A stretch of 64,000 nt of DNA, from assembly GCA_012295275.1 (NCBI GenBank), contig CM022679.1, positions 27,156,001-27,220,000 of the forward strand, in the 5' to 3' direction. The notes under the pieces are model-generated. The model saw nothing but the letters and a program-made list of their open reading frames with translations, was not told where the DNA came from and ran no database searches. A program made the position numbers and the translations under genes. Source of the stretch: Chrysomallon squamiferum. Its lineage: Eukaryota; Animalia; Mollusca. Of the stretch, positions 14,875 to 30,171 are shown in pieces; position 1 is the first letter of the stretch; every line of letters begins with the position of its first letter.

Positions 14875-14969
14875 CTGCTGTCATTATCATACTTATTATT
14901 ACATACTGGATGGACGCTATGTTAAAACGATCTTATGTCACTCATTAAGCTCTAGTTCTGTGTCAATAC

Positions 14970-15990
14970 GAAAATAATTGATATGTTAGTAGACATGCTG
15001 AAGCTGACAGTTAATGACATTCTAGGATTTAATCTACAAACTTGTTAACTTAGTCACTAGTACTTAGATCAGTGACAAAAACAGGTATATTAGTACTTAG
15101 ATAATAGTTACGTAAGCTAGTGACAATAAGTGATATATTAATACATTGTCGAGTAGTATTAATTAAAACACTTTTACTTAGGCTAGTGAATATAACTAAT
15201 GTTCTAGCTCTAAGTCTTCAGATAATAACTGATACATTAGTACTTAGTCTAGTCATAATAAATGACACAGTAGTACTAGTCTAGGGTGAATAACTGACAC
15301 AATAGTACTAGTCTAGGGATGAATAACTGACACAGTAGTGCTAGTCTAGTCAAAATGACTGACACAGTAGTACTAGTCTAGGGTGAATAACTGATATTGA
15401 TACATCGATACTTGTCTCGGCTGAGTAACAACTAGGACACAATCAGTTACCATAGTGACAATAAATGAAGTACTATCACTTGCTCCAGTGACAATTGCAA
15501 AGATATTATTACTTAGTACAGTCCCAATAATTCATATAATATTACGTAATCGTTTGACAATGATTTAAATATTAATATTTAACATTGTGAAGATAAGTAA
15601 AATACTGTTACTTAATGCTGTAACAATAACGAGACACTGTGTTATTAGTTAACTTTGACAGTAACTAACATTTTGTATTTAGAATAGTAAAAATAATTCA
15701 GAAACTGTTCCTAATGACTCCGATATACTATACTAGTAACTCGAATATACTGTTTTGTAGTGTAATAACTCTAAGATATATCGCTTAGTTTAGTAACGGT
15801 AAGATATTATTATATAGTATGATAATGCTAAGATCCTATTGCTTTGTCTAATAACACAAAAATGTTGCTTAACATTAAACTACTATTGATTAGATTAATA
15901 TCACTAAAACACTGTTACTTTGTATTGAAAAAATAAGAAAGAAATATATTTAATATAGTGTAATATTAATTAAGATATTAGTACCATACA
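14970..15990. repeat. Degenerate ~32-bp tandem array (core CTGACACAGTAGTACTAGTCTAGGGTGAATAA at 15260-15395)
   Basis: Four to five well-conserved central units; the flanks keep the tacttag..tagtgacaataa pattern. Confidence 0.75.
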
Positions 15991-16019
15991 GATGAATCGA
16001 TAATTGAAACACACACACA

Positions 16020-16060
<41 letters not shown>

Positions 16061-16986
16061 ATATGTTAATACATCTTTTTTCTTTTTCTTTTAAATAATT
16101 ATATTATTCTTTTTCTTTTAAATAATTATATTATTCTTTTTCTTAAGTATCTGACTATGAATACTTAATGTATCTAAAACGTCATATTACAAATATTATT
16201 ATTCTCAATGTTGATACTTAGGCAATATTCTTTACTGTTACTAAGATATGTTGAAGCTGATATATTGTTCCACTGGTAGAAATGTGTTAACGGTTTTACT
16301 CTTAACTCGTTACTCGTTACTGGATACTTCTAGACAAACAGTTTGTGCTTAAATACAGAGCAAGACAGAAAGAAATGAAAAGTTTTGATCACACCCGCGT
16401 TTGTTCTGAATACAGAAAGAATCCGTAGAAAGGGAGAGATAACTATTTATGACTGTTATTTACACCACTGGTGTTAGGTTTAGTTATAAATAGAGTCAGG
16501 AAGGGTGACTCTAATTAACATTTACGTTATTGTTCTTGAAAACTCCTAGTCTCGACTGAAATGATGATATATTCTAGAAATCTCTAGTTATTGCAGTAAA
16601 TGACAAATATTAGGTTTTCAGTAAACAAAAATTATAAGTTTTAGTGAATATACAAAAATAATTATAATTTAAAATTTTTTTTTAAATTCAGCCTTGTATT
16701 ATAGGCCTGTATATGGATAAAACAAAAGAATTCTGGAGTGTTTGCTGGAATGAGTATGTAAAAGACTTAGGGTTTGACAGTTAAACTATTTTATTTTTTT
16801 TCTATTTGACACTATAATATACTGTTTCTAATTATCTATCAAATGGACCTTTTTGGTCATTTGTTTCTATTAAGCATTTTACGTAAATTTTCACTGTGAA
16901 GAACATATTGTAGTTTGACGTTTCGAAGGATTTGTTTTTGCTTATTTGTTGTTATCGTTGTTGTTTTTATTACTGTTGATTTCTCT

Positions 16987-17086
<100 letters not shown>

Positions 17087-17178
17087 TTTTAGATTTTTTT
17101 TATAATCTGACTCTATAATCGGAGTTTTTGTAATTTCATAATAGATGGATTTTTTCACACCATAAGAATTTTCTGGAA

Positions 17179-17439
17179 TTCGTTATTTGTCGAAGTTTAT
17201 ATAATCTAACATTATACATGAATTTTCGTTATTTGACGAAGACTGTATTATTTGACAGTATACATAATGTTCATTGTTTAACGCAATTTTTGTTATTTGA
17301 CAGTATACATGACCTTCATTATTTGACGAAGTTTTTATTATTTGACAGTATACACGACCTTCGTTATTTGACGAAGACTGTATTATTTCACAGTATAAAT
17401 GAATTTTCGTCATTTGACGCAGTTTTTATCACTTGACAG
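17179..17439. repeat. 45-bp minisatellite ending in the exon acceptor
   Basis: About 6 units of TTCRTTATTTGACGAAG..T.TATTATTTGACAGTATACA. Confidence 0.9.
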
Positions 17440-17701
17440 TACAAAAAGAAGATGGGACAGTACGAGTCAACTCACGAAATGTCAGACATGTTGGCCCTCA
17501 AACAAGATGGCGTCCACCCGCAGGCGTGGCCGCAGTGGCACCAGACGCTGCAGTCACGACGCGTGAACAGAACGTCAAACAGAGGAATATTCCGCGGGGA
17601 GTTTATCCTCATGAGGTCCTCTCCCCCGGGGACCTGTTCGAGAAGGGAGAGGCTGAGATCCGGGAACCCTCAGAATGGATATCTGTACGCTCAGCGAAAC
17701 A
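17440..17701 (+). CDS. Coding exon of gene 1, containing an in-frame ATG at 17452 (MGQYES...)
   Basis: GC-rich island with acceptor cttgacag| and donor ACA|gtgagt. The phase-0 frame YKKKMGQYESTHEMSDMLALKQDG...NGYLYAQRN ends in phase 1. It is the only frame compatible with both 5541-5638 and 33963-34062. Confidence 0.75.
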
Positions 17702-17933
17702 GTGAGTGTTATTATTTTTTACTTTGATAAGTTTTGTTTTACAGTTTGACCATTGTTATGTCAATTTACAAAATTATGTGGATTGTTTTGTTACTGTACC
17801 GTGGATATATCAGTTTATCTTTGTTACTCTAATGTTAATCTACCCCAGAATTAATTAATTAATTAATTTATTATTATTTTTGTTTTGTTATTGGGGTAGT
17901 CCTGTCAGGTCCATAGACATATTCTTTCGTACG

Positions 17934-18065
<132 letters not shown>

Positions 18066-19557
18066 TGCTCTCCCCTTCATTCTCAAAAACATATACACGT
18101 ACAGATCATACACGAAATTATCTTTAAATGGACTTCATAAATGATCGTAAGTTTCTCTTTATTATAAAAAAAAAAAAAAAAAAAAAAAACAAACAAACAA
18201 ACAAACAAACAAACAAACAAAACACAATAATTAACTTTGGCTGGACATTGAATTTTTTTCATCATATGAAGGAACATTTTTTATTCTTAAAAATGTCACA
18301 TTGAAGGATAATCCAGCAATCCAGCAAAATCAGTTTCAAATAGAACCTTGGCGAGTTTTAAATATCAATTACGTAGGTACGTAATTTTTCTTGATCAAAG
18401 TTCAGCACATTGGGCTCAATATTTTATTTCACTAATTTGACTTTGTGATGAAGCAAACCTTACAATCCGAGATAAAATATTGAAACTAGATTTATCAGGA
18501 AACATTGAGCTTTCTCTAACTCCAAGGTTTAAATAGTTTTATCTCAAAACATGTTGACCGAAGCAAAGTGACAACAACTTCCGAAAAGAAAATCGAAAGT
18601 AAAAAAAAAAAAACAGTTAGAGGAATTCGGTAAAACAAAAATGTGGTTTGAGACCTAACGTATCGAGCCACTGCAGCGTTTAAGGACAAATACTGGAGTG
18701 AGGCGATTATCGATTATCGCTGGTAGAGATCGATAATCAGAGAGGTACGAAACCTAGTGGCGATATTTTTCTTGTTTGTTTGTAATCGAAATGACGAAAG
18801 TTTTGTTGTGTTCGCAATGTGACACCTTTCTGATAGCAGCGCCGTGTGCAGTTCAATGTCAGACTGAGTCGTCCAATCAATGAGAGCAACCTTCAGAAAT
18901 TAAAGACTTTTTTTTACTTTTCGTTTGTTTGTTTTCGTAAAAAAAAAAAATGAGGTCAGCTCGTGTCAGTCAAGAATGACGTTTGTCGTCACAGCAACAG
19001 AATGAATGAATTAATATTTGTTTCACAATACCTCATCACATTTTAATACTAACGGTTTTTTCAGGGTGTCAAATATTTTGTATAAAGAAGTAATCAAAAA
19101 AAAAAAAAAAAAAAACGAAGCCCGCTGACGTCAATAAAGAAATACAATAAAAGTGAATATATTTTATTGTCCTATAGCGAGAAAGGGAAAATAAAAGGTT
19201 TTCAGTTGATTCTATCTCTGGACGCAGAATGAAACGAGAAGACAGACAAATTAGGGGTCTGTTGAAATTGATCCTGCTATTTTTGTTTCAAGTCTCAGGT
19301 ACACACTTTGTATTAATGTATTAAAACTCGTAAGAAGAGTTAAAGTTTAAGAATGAAGTAAAATATGATTTTAATTATATAACAGTTCTGTTTTGTATTT
19401 AAAATATTATATATCACCGCAACCTGAAACCAAAGTCTGGAAGTATATTAAAGACTATATGTAACATTTCTGAGAATTATTAATTTTGTTATAAAAATAT
19501 AATTTTATCCTTGTATTAATCTCTCTCTCTCTCACTCACACACACACACATACACAG

Positions 19558-19603
<46 letters not shown>

Positions 19604-19764
19604 CACACTTAGGAAGTATTTTGTATTACTGCTGCCTCAGTGGATATCAAGTGAATATATATAAATTAATATTAACATTGTCAGTGTCTGGACATTTTCA
19701 GTAAACGTCTGCAGACTTCTGTTTTCAGAGTTGTTATCCTTCAGTTAACAACATACCATTTTAT

Positions 19765-19850
19765 AATAGTTCTTGGTACGTGCTGTGCTGTATATGTGAA
19801 GGTGTGTATATAAAGATATCTTGTTGCTAACAGATAAAACTGACACATAA
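19765..19850 (+). mobile_element. Decayed SINE core fragment of the same family
   Basis: TGGTACGTGCTGTGCTGTATATGTGAAGGTGTGTATATAAAGATATCTTGTTGCTAA is similar to 4965-5022 and to the recalled core. Confidence 0.4.
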
Positions 19851-21502
19851 GTGATCAGGAATATAATAAAATATGAAAACCAGTCGACTGACACATAAAG
19901 TCATCAGCGTACAAATGTGTTGAAGTGTTATTAACTGTCATTCATTCATTTGTTCATTCTTCTACTTATCCATTCCATTCATTCATCCACTCGATCCAGT
20001 CGTACATTCATTTAGTCATCCTTCATTCTTCCATCCATCCATCCACCCATCCACTGCATGCATTCATTCATTCATCCATCCATCCATCCATTCATTCGTT
20101 CTTCGTTTATTCATCTACTCATTGATCCATCACTACATCGGTCCATTTTATTCATCCATCCGTCTCTACTTCTTTTCCAGTCATCCATATATCCATCCAC
20201 ACATTCATTCATTCGCTCGCTCACTTACTGACGCACTCACTCATTGACGCACTCACTGACTGACTGACTGACTGACTCACTCACTCACTCAGATCTTACT
20301 TCAGAACAGTTTTAGAATCAGAACGTCCTAGACCATACTTAGTCCTTAATGTCTGAATCAAAAGTAAACCCGAGTCCAACATCAAAACATTTTATTTTTT
20401 GCGCAAAATCTAAAACTCCTTTGTTGCTGGCAAAAGGTTATATTTAACAAAAGACGTCATTATACTGACACGTTAGGTAATTTGTTACTTTTTTACTTTT
20501 AAATGACTCATTCTTTGCTTATCTTCATCACGTTGTTTTGTGATCAGACAAAGTCGCCTAGACAGAAACGAAATATGATTTGGCAACTGCACAAGGTATT
20601 TGAAGTCTTGAGGATTTATTTTTGGATAAGCTATTCTTTTTTAATTTCAATCTTTTAGTTTCAGAAAATAAAATAAATAGAGAAAGTTAAGACTGTACGC
20701 TGAGTAAAGAATTAGAAATAAAGTACACGACAGACAACACGTGAATCTGCAAACAGTAGTATTTGGTTTTAACGTTATTGAAATTAAAAGAATATAAAAC
20801 AAAGTACAGTTATTATAGAAATAGTAAAAGATAACGTTAGGGGAAAAAAGATAACATAACACATTAAAAAATAAAAAAAATAAAAAAAAAATAATAAGTA
20901 AATAAATAAATAAAAAAAAATAAATAAAAGTAAATAAATAAGTACATAAATAAAATAAAAAAATTAAAAATAAAATAATAATAGATATAAAATAAAATTT
21001 ATACTAAACAATATAACGTGGAAACAATAACAGTTTATTATAGAAACAGTACTAATAATTAAATAAACGTAATAAAGGAGCAATTCAAAATAGCATATTA
21101 TTAAATAAAACCCAGTAAATAAAACACATCGAGACACAATAAAAAGAAGAAAAAAAGAAGAATTATAGAAATAGCGTACAACAATAAAATATAGTAAAAT
21201 TAACATGATATACAAAACAGACACACGTATACACACAAAATAACCAATACAGAAAAAAAGAAAACCCAATAAATAACACAATAATATAGAATGCAATAAA
21301 ACAAGGTAAACCAGAACAAAAGAAAACGTTGTAATTAGAAAGATTTGACACACGTGAACACGTTGCAGATAAATAATACAAAACAAAACACAGAAAACAT
21401 TAAACGTGAAACAAAGAAACCACACCAAACAACACAGAACAATAAACATCATTCTCAGAAAAAAACAGTAGATGATAAAAGATAAATAATAATAAAAATA
21501 AA

Positions 21503-21562
<60 letters not shown>

Positions 21563-21925
21563 GAATATGTAATTAATACAAAATCAAATAATGTAATATA
21601 CATTACAGTAATTAAAATAAAAATAAAAAACGAAAAAACAAACAAACAAACAAACAAAAACAACAACAAACAAACCAAAAAACAAACACAACGCAATAAT
21701 GTAATATTTAGTTATTCTATAGTATACTCTGCAGCGGAAAGTATCACAATGCAACACAACTTCAGACATAACAGAAACAGGTAAAATAGAACAGACAATA
21801 AATCAGAAGCAAGACAAAGAGATGATGAAATCAAATAGAAAAATGAGAGACAAAGTTTGGGTTACAAATATAAAATCACAGCCAACAGGTGATAGCAGAT
21901 ACAAAATGTATCTTTAACGGGTTAT

Positions 21926-22031
<106 letters not shown>

Positions 22032-23057
22032 CTGTGACAGGTAGTTTTATGACATTTTCGTATTGTTCATGCGTGATTACATACACACATGCAAACACAT
22101 ACAACTGCATACACTCAACCACAAATACTCATACATGTGCGTACGTACCTATACAAGTACATTTTTTATACTTACTTACTTACTTACACACGCACACACA
22201 CACACACACACACACACTTCTATGTAAACGTATAGCACATTATACATACACATACTTATAGCTAGATACATATTCACCTTTGTAAAATATTCACGCACGC
22301 ACACAAACATACAAACATCTATAAAATCAAACATCAAAATTAATACACATACATCAAGGATAATAAAATTATTTCACTTGCTTTTTATGTTTTAAAGAGA
22401 AGTTTTTTGGTTTTTCTTTAAAAATCTTTAAACTAAGATTAGAATACAGATTATTTGTAGTGTTTACATTATTATAAAATATCTAAACTCTGACCAAGAT
22501 GCCTGATGTGTCAGTTTAATATTTTATTTATTTGCAAATAGCATTTGCCGACGTCGCAGTGTTAAATGTCAACGTGCACGTGGCTGCAGTAGGTGTGCAG
22601 TGTTTACACAAATATGTCAGAATTGTTTACTCGAGTAACTTTCTAACGTGGCTGAAATAAAGTATTTACAGACAAACAGAGCAAGTCTGCTTTCTTCTGT
22701 TCAGTCTTCTCTCTTTGATAGAGCTGCCAAAACTTTCCAGGAATTTCGAGAAAATATTTACTCTAATGTGAGATCATTACATAGGTAAAAATATAAAATT
22801 AGCATATGTTTCTTAGTTTTTATGTTTGTTTGTTTGTTTGTCAGCTGGTCTGATATATTTTCTGTGTTAGAATGTTTAAAAGAAATAATATAAATGAAGA
22901 AAAGTATTAAATTGTTTAGAGGACGTGTTTTCATCATTGTTTTTGGACATACACTACACGAAACAAGAGACACACATTCACATTCTCACTATATCTTAAT
23001 TACACACACCCACACCCACCCATACCCATAATATATATATATATATATATACTGAGA

Positions 23058-23333
<276 letters not shown>

Positions 23334-23894
23334 TTGAATTGAATTGAATTGTTGTTGAATTCAACACTTATTTAACCGCCACTCAAACAACTGATAACTT
23401 TTCATCACGCTGTCGCCAACACACGGAGTAACAACTGCAGACGTCGCTGCGCCCTTCTGTCAACAAGAACGTGGCTGCAGTAGATGTGCAGTGTTTACTC
23501 GAGTACGTCACTTTACTCCGTGTCACTACGTCAGCGTGGTCGTAACGTCTACAACACTCTGACGATTTGTTTGCTTTGGTACAAGGCTTTCGGCTAATTA
23601 GTCGACTCAGATGTGAGTTTCCAAAGCAAAGTTTCTAAAACTCTTACTTAACTATGTTTGCTGAGGGCTTCACCTTGCAGCCACTGGTCAGCACTATGAC
23701 GTCATCAGACTTACACAATACTTAGTTCACTAACACAAGTTAAAGTTATGTTTATCTATCACGTGACGGCTCTTCTAGTGTTTGCTTTGTTACTGGGTCG
23801 GTGAGAAATGTTTAATGTTTTGGGGTGGGTTTTTTTGTTGTTGTTGAACTGATAGATATATATATAAACTATTTCCATATTAAGGCAGGCAGAA

Positions 23895-23929
<35 letters not shown>

Positions 23930-25256
23930 ACACACACATAAAAATACACACTAAACATACGGCTACATTACATATAGAGACACATACACAAATATACATA
24001 TAAATGTACTCTTATGCACACACAATAATACACACACGTAGATAATCTGAACGGACGTACTTGTCATAAGCATTCCGATATTGAAAACACGACAGTCACA
24101 CATATCAGTCCGAATCACTTTTTGACTGTAGTTTTACTTATTATTGTAAGATACCAGTGAAATCAGTTTAAGAATTACTGAGTGTAGAAAACAAATGTTT
24201 AAAATAATTACCTTGTATGACACGAAATCCGAAATCAGGTTTTGTAAATCTCCAAACATAGCCATTCCGTGACAGTGCATGGGTTTCCATGTTAAACAGA
24301 TAAAGAAAATGACGTAACAATGCATCAAGCAGATGACGTCATATGGCAACAAAAGAAATGCTTCAGTAGCCAGTTTGTAAGATTTACGCTATTTTTATAC
24401 ACTGAATTGTACTGAAATTTTTTATGACTGAAATGCAGTTTATAAAATGGATGAAAATAAATATTTGGTGAATAGTTTTTGACATGATGGGTCATTTAGA
24501 TTTGTAAGGACATTTAAGTATCATATTTAAATCTGTTCAGTAACACTAGCAATCAGTTACCAGTATATTAGAGTCAAATACTTTCTTTTCTTGTGTGTGT
24601 GTCAGTGATGGTATTTAAATCTCTCAAATAAATACCAGTAATCATAGACTAGTATATTACAGTCATTATCGTTATATATGTGTGTAGGTATTTATTTTAT
24701 ATAGATGTTTGTGTGTGTTTGTGTGTGTATGTGTGTGTGTATGTGTGTGTGTGTGTATTTACATCGGTGTGTGAATGTTGCATGGAGGTATTTGTATGTA
24801 TATGTGTACATGTATATGTGGAAATCGGTATAAGTTAAACTTTAATTATTTAAATTACATAATTGTCTGTGGGGTATCTATTTCTTCTTCTTTCTTTTCT
24901 CATCATCTTCTTCTTCCTCCTTTTCTTATTCTTCTTCTGTCAGCCATTATATTGGGCTGTGTACATTATTTTTTTTATTTTTATTTTTTTGTTTTGTTTT
25001 TTTAAATGAAATCATGGAGATATTTAGTTAATATTTTTTAAAGTAAAAGAAGAAAATCGTCATAATTATATTTGTGTGAAAAGTTCACAGTCGTTAATTA
25101 ATTACAGAAGTGAATTCATTAGACCTTTTTAGATCCATTTAATTTAGGGCTGGTATTATGACTTATTGGAGATGTATTTCAGAAGAAAACAATTATCCTG
25201 AATATATTATTGAAAATGATATATTTATGAAGGAACAAAGTACTTATAGAAAATGG

Positions 25257-25312
<56 letters not shown>

Positions 25313-25329
25313 TGATGATGATGATGATG

Positions 25330-25364
<35 letters not shown>

Positions 25365-26298
25365 AAAAATAACAACCAAAAAGTTATAAAATAAATAAAG
25401 AAAATAGAATGAAATGTAAAATTATGAAAAGAGGAATAAAATAATAGCATTAATCAAAACATCAGATATATATATATTCCCAGATATTTAAAAATGCAAC
25501 AACTTTACTTATTTATGAATGGCGATGTTTATCTTAGAATTTGTATTTTCTGCTTCGAGTTTAAAAGCGTAGTTCTTACTTTTACCATTCTTTAAACAGA
25601 CACAAAATTTTACAAGTTTTAAGAAAAGTTGTCAAATCCTTCTTTATCACGTTAAGTTTTGTCTTGTTCAAATTTAGCAACACCAACATATTATCACCAT
25701 TCGGCGAAGTTATCTCTCTTGAATGCGTATGCGCGTTAATCCACGAAAACACCCGAGCTTCCGATTTAGTGGTGCGAGGCAACCCGAAACAGCCACGTGA
25801 CAATCCGACTAGGATTTACTTCTGACCGTTTTGTCAGGGACGCCAAAGCTGTGGCAGAAAGTGCGGGATTCCGCGCGTGTGTCGGAGGTCTCACACCACA
25901 CTTAGCTGGTACGACGAGAGTTAACCATTTCTGGAGCTGCAAATAAAAATAAGACTGGAGTGCGATCTGTCTGATAATGTGTGTGAAATGTTGCGTGTTG
26001 CGTGTGATTTTTTTTTTTTTTTTTTTTTTTGGTGAATTTGTGTGATTTAAAAATATATTTTCAAGGTGACTACGTTACTGAATGATGACCAATTTATACT
26101 CCATTGCAAAAAAAAAAAAAAAAAATAAATAAAAAAAAATAAGAAAGAAAAAGAAAAAACAACAAAAAAAACCCATCTTAAGTAAAAATTAATAATAATA
26201 GTAATAATTGTATATTAATAAAATAATAAATATCAAAAAGTAAAATTAAATAAACAAATGGATAAAGAAAAAAGTAAGATTTAAAAAAAAATAATTAT

Positions 26299-26339
<41 letters not shown>

Positions 26340-27104
26340 GTGTGCGTGCGGGCGTGGGAAGGAGGCATATATGTAATAGAGGCATAAAGTAAGGAGATTC
26401 CGGGGTACGTTCTAAATATCGTTTCCAGAAGCTTTACTTAATATAGGTCCATCCTGACGTCTTTAGAGCTGATTGCGAGAATAAAACACTTCTCTTTTAA
26501 TTCAAGAAATACATATTTATGTATATTTATTTATTAATTTTTGTTATTTACATATTATATTCAGTGTATTTACTAATTTATGTTAGTACATCATCATCTT
26601 TGTGACACACTAATGGAATTACGAGAACTGATAGTTAAAACTGAACGATTTTAATAAAAAAAATAAAGTTTATCATTTGTGTCTCACTGATAAAACACAG
26701 TGGTATAGCCTGTTGAAAATTACTTACGGCAAATCGTTGTAAGACACAGCGAAGGGAACTTGGCATTCCTGAAACCGATAACCTGTATTATGCCAGATAT
26801 ACGAATAGATATCAAAGAGATATTATACTGAATGTAATTAAAATAATGATAATGATAATGACAATAATCACAATAATCATCATAATAATAATTATAAGGT
26901 TGACTCTGATGATGATGATGATAAAGACAATAATAATAAGAACAACAGTTTACAGCAATATACAGTTCTAGTAAAATATCTGTTGTTGTTAGAAAGAAAA
27001 GTAACTCGTGTGGTAGAAGTATTCTTGTAATTGTTGTTAAACCAAAAAAATTCACTCAGTGCTTAGATTGGTGTTTCTGAAACTGCTGAATAGATCTTGT
27101 GGGT

Positions 27105-27680
27105 GAATGAAAATGAATGAAGGGTGGATGAAACTAGAAAAGTGAATGGCAGTGAAATGAAACTAGATAGTGAATGGGACTAGACTGGTGAATGGCAGTG
27201 AAATGAAACTAGAGAATGGATGGAAATAGAAAAGTGAATGGCAGGGAAATGAAACTGTAGACTGAATGGAACTAGAGAGGTGAATGGCAGGGAAATGAAA
27301 CTGTAGACTGAATGGAACTAGAGAGGTGAATGGCAGGGAAATGAAACTGTAGACTGAATGAAACTAGAGAGGTGAATGGCAGGGAAATGAAACTGTAGAC
27401 TGAATGGAACTAAAGAGGTGAATGGCAGGGAAATGAAACTGTAGAATTGATGGAACTAGAAAGGTGAATGGCAGGGAAATGAAACTGTAGACTTAATGGA
27501 ACTAGAGAAGTGAATTGCAGGGAAATGAAACTGTAGACTGAATGGAACTAAAGAGGTGAATGGCAGGGAAATGAAACTAGAGAATGGATGGAAGTAGAAA
27601 GGTGAATGGCAGGGAACTGAAACTAGAGAGAGTTTGGGACTATAGAGGTGAATAGAAGGCGAATGAAACTAGAAAAAAGA
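27105..27680. repeat. ~46-bp purine-rich minisatellite (GTGAATGGCAGGGAAATGAAACTGTAGACTGAATGGAACTAGAGAG)n
   Basis: About 11-12 tandem units, most homogeneous in the centre. Confidence 0.95.
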
Positions 27681-28214
27681 AAGGGTGAATAACATAATTT
27701 ACACAGAAATTTATATTTTCTTCTACACATTGCCATTAAGTGGGCAGTAATCTCTTAGTGTTTTTAATGTCAGTGGATCGGGAAATGTGTTACGTCTTTT
27801 CTCGCCAGCTGGGGTTTTTCTAATTTCAAAACAGCACAAAGTCTCACCAGTGTTTTCTGTGACCGTCACGGAGCTAACACTGAGAAATCTGCCTGCAACT
27901 CACTGACACTGACGGAGTGATTGATGAATGACATCCTAGTTTTGTTCCTCTTGGTTTTCTTTACCTATTTTTGTTATGTTCAAAAAATATGAATTAAATA
28001 AAATTTATATTTTTCTCTCAATAAAGTATGCACAAGAAGTAATACAACGTGTTATGAAAAAAATAGTAACAAAAAATAATCAGAAATGATGATGATGATG
28101 ATGATGATAATAATAATAATAATAATAATAGTAATAATAATAGTAATAATAATAATAATAATAGTAATAATAATAGTAATAATAATAATAATAATAGTAA
28201 TAATAATAACAGTA

Positions 28215-28259
<45 letters not shown>

Positions 28260-29554
28260 GTAAATAAATAAATAAACACATAAATAAATAACAACTACTA
28301 CAACAAGATCAACAACAACATAACGGCAGCCCTAGAACCAGCGCTGTCCATCCAAACGTCTGTCTGACCTGTTTTCTGTCAGAGTATACTCGACTACACA
28401 ACAGACGCATCAATTTATCTACAACTTCAACAGTTTGACGCGCTGTTTAACACTAGCGATAATTTGATTTCTCTAGCTAGTTCAGAACATTCACCAAAAC
28501 ACTCGAATTAGCTAAAACTATATACATTACGTTATAATATAATATTGCCCTTATTTAGCTTTTTTCTTAGATAATAATTATATCATCGTTTTTACATTGT
28601 TTGCTTCGTGACAGAAGCAGCAGCAGCAGCAGCACCAACGTCTACTACTCATATTACAATTGCTACTTCTGCCACTACTACTACTACTTTTATCACTGCT
28701 ACAACTACTTCTATTTCTGTTGCTATTATTACTACTACATTTTTTATTATTACTAATTTACATTTATTAGTTCTGAAATACAATGTTATTATTTTATTGT
28801 TAAAGTTATTTACTACTTCTACTACTGCTACTACTACTACTGATGCTGCTACTACTACTACTACTACTACTACCACTACTACTACTACTAGTAATTCTAC
28901 TTCTGCTACTACTACTACGAATAATAAATGATATAAAATAATGTTCTTCAGTAAAAAAAAAACGATCATTATAATCTTCATCGTCATCAACATCAACAAC
29001 ATCGTTTTATTTATTTCAGTAAGTTGACATTATATTTGTCTAAACTTAACCAACTTAGTGAAATTGGCGCGTTTTTTTCTTTACCACACCCTTCACGTAC
29101 TTAATACTCGACTGTCACGTGACATCATTCATCTTAGCAACATGTACGTAAAATTACAGTTCTCTTCCTGTATCGTAAAAAATTCTGAATATTTCCAATA
29201 AAGAACAGTTTGTACAAAAACCGCGAGAAAATGTCTTTGATACGCTAATTCGTGCGGATTACACGGCCATTTTTCCCGTGAAGCCAAACTATTGTTAATT
29301 TGTTTGCACAGCTAATCTCCTGATAAATACGTGGATTAGGAAAGATAATCCTTAATGAAATAGTTAACCCGAGATCGATCGGTTTAACACACAACCAGGA
29401 AGTGCAGTCGTGATGGGAGTGTAAATAAGGATTTTTGAAGAATTTAGTTTTTTAATCTTGTGAACAAAGGTTTCAGTGAAAACGAGGTTTAGAGACATTG
29501 TGACGTGTGTATAACGATGACGTAATTACTTCCTGCTTCCTAAGCTGTTATATC

Positions 29555-29615
<61 letters not shown>

Positions 29616-30127
29616 TGATGATGATGATAATAATAACAATAATTTTTAATACTTTATTTTAAAAATATGTTGTAATTAATAAATAGTTTTTATACTGTTG
29701 TGGAAATATTCTCGCTATCTTCTTTGTTCGTATTTAATTATAATTATTATTATATTATTATTATTATTATTACTTTACTAATATCATTTTAGGAATTCTG
29801 CAACAACAGCAACAATCACAAGTACTACAACAACTACAACAACAACAACAACTATTACTACTACTACTGTCATTACTACTACCTCTGCTGATACCAGTAC
29901 TACTGTTACTGCTGCAGTTGATGTTGCTATTGCTGCTACTACTATTACTACTACTACAACTACTAATACTAATACCACCACCACCATTACCTCTACTATA
30001 CTCTTCCTAAACTGCTACTGCTACTGCTACTACTACTACTACCACCACCACTACCACTGCTATACTCTTGCTAAACTGCTACTGCTATTACTATCACAAT
30101 ATTCTCACCACAAGAGCAACCATTACT

Positions 30128-30171
<44 letters not shown>

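Noticed and set aside
17433-17705. Alternative frame VQKEDGTV...SAKQ of the 17440 exon
   Set aside because: It would exit in phase 2 and hit a TGA in exon 33963-34062. Only the MGQYES frame joins both neighbours, assuming no hidden exon in between.
20640-21860. Long hydrophobic minus-strand ORFs resembling membrane or mitochondrial proteins
   Set aside because: A-rich low-complexity DNA gives F/L/I/V/Y-rich frames; I recognise no mitochondrial gene motif.
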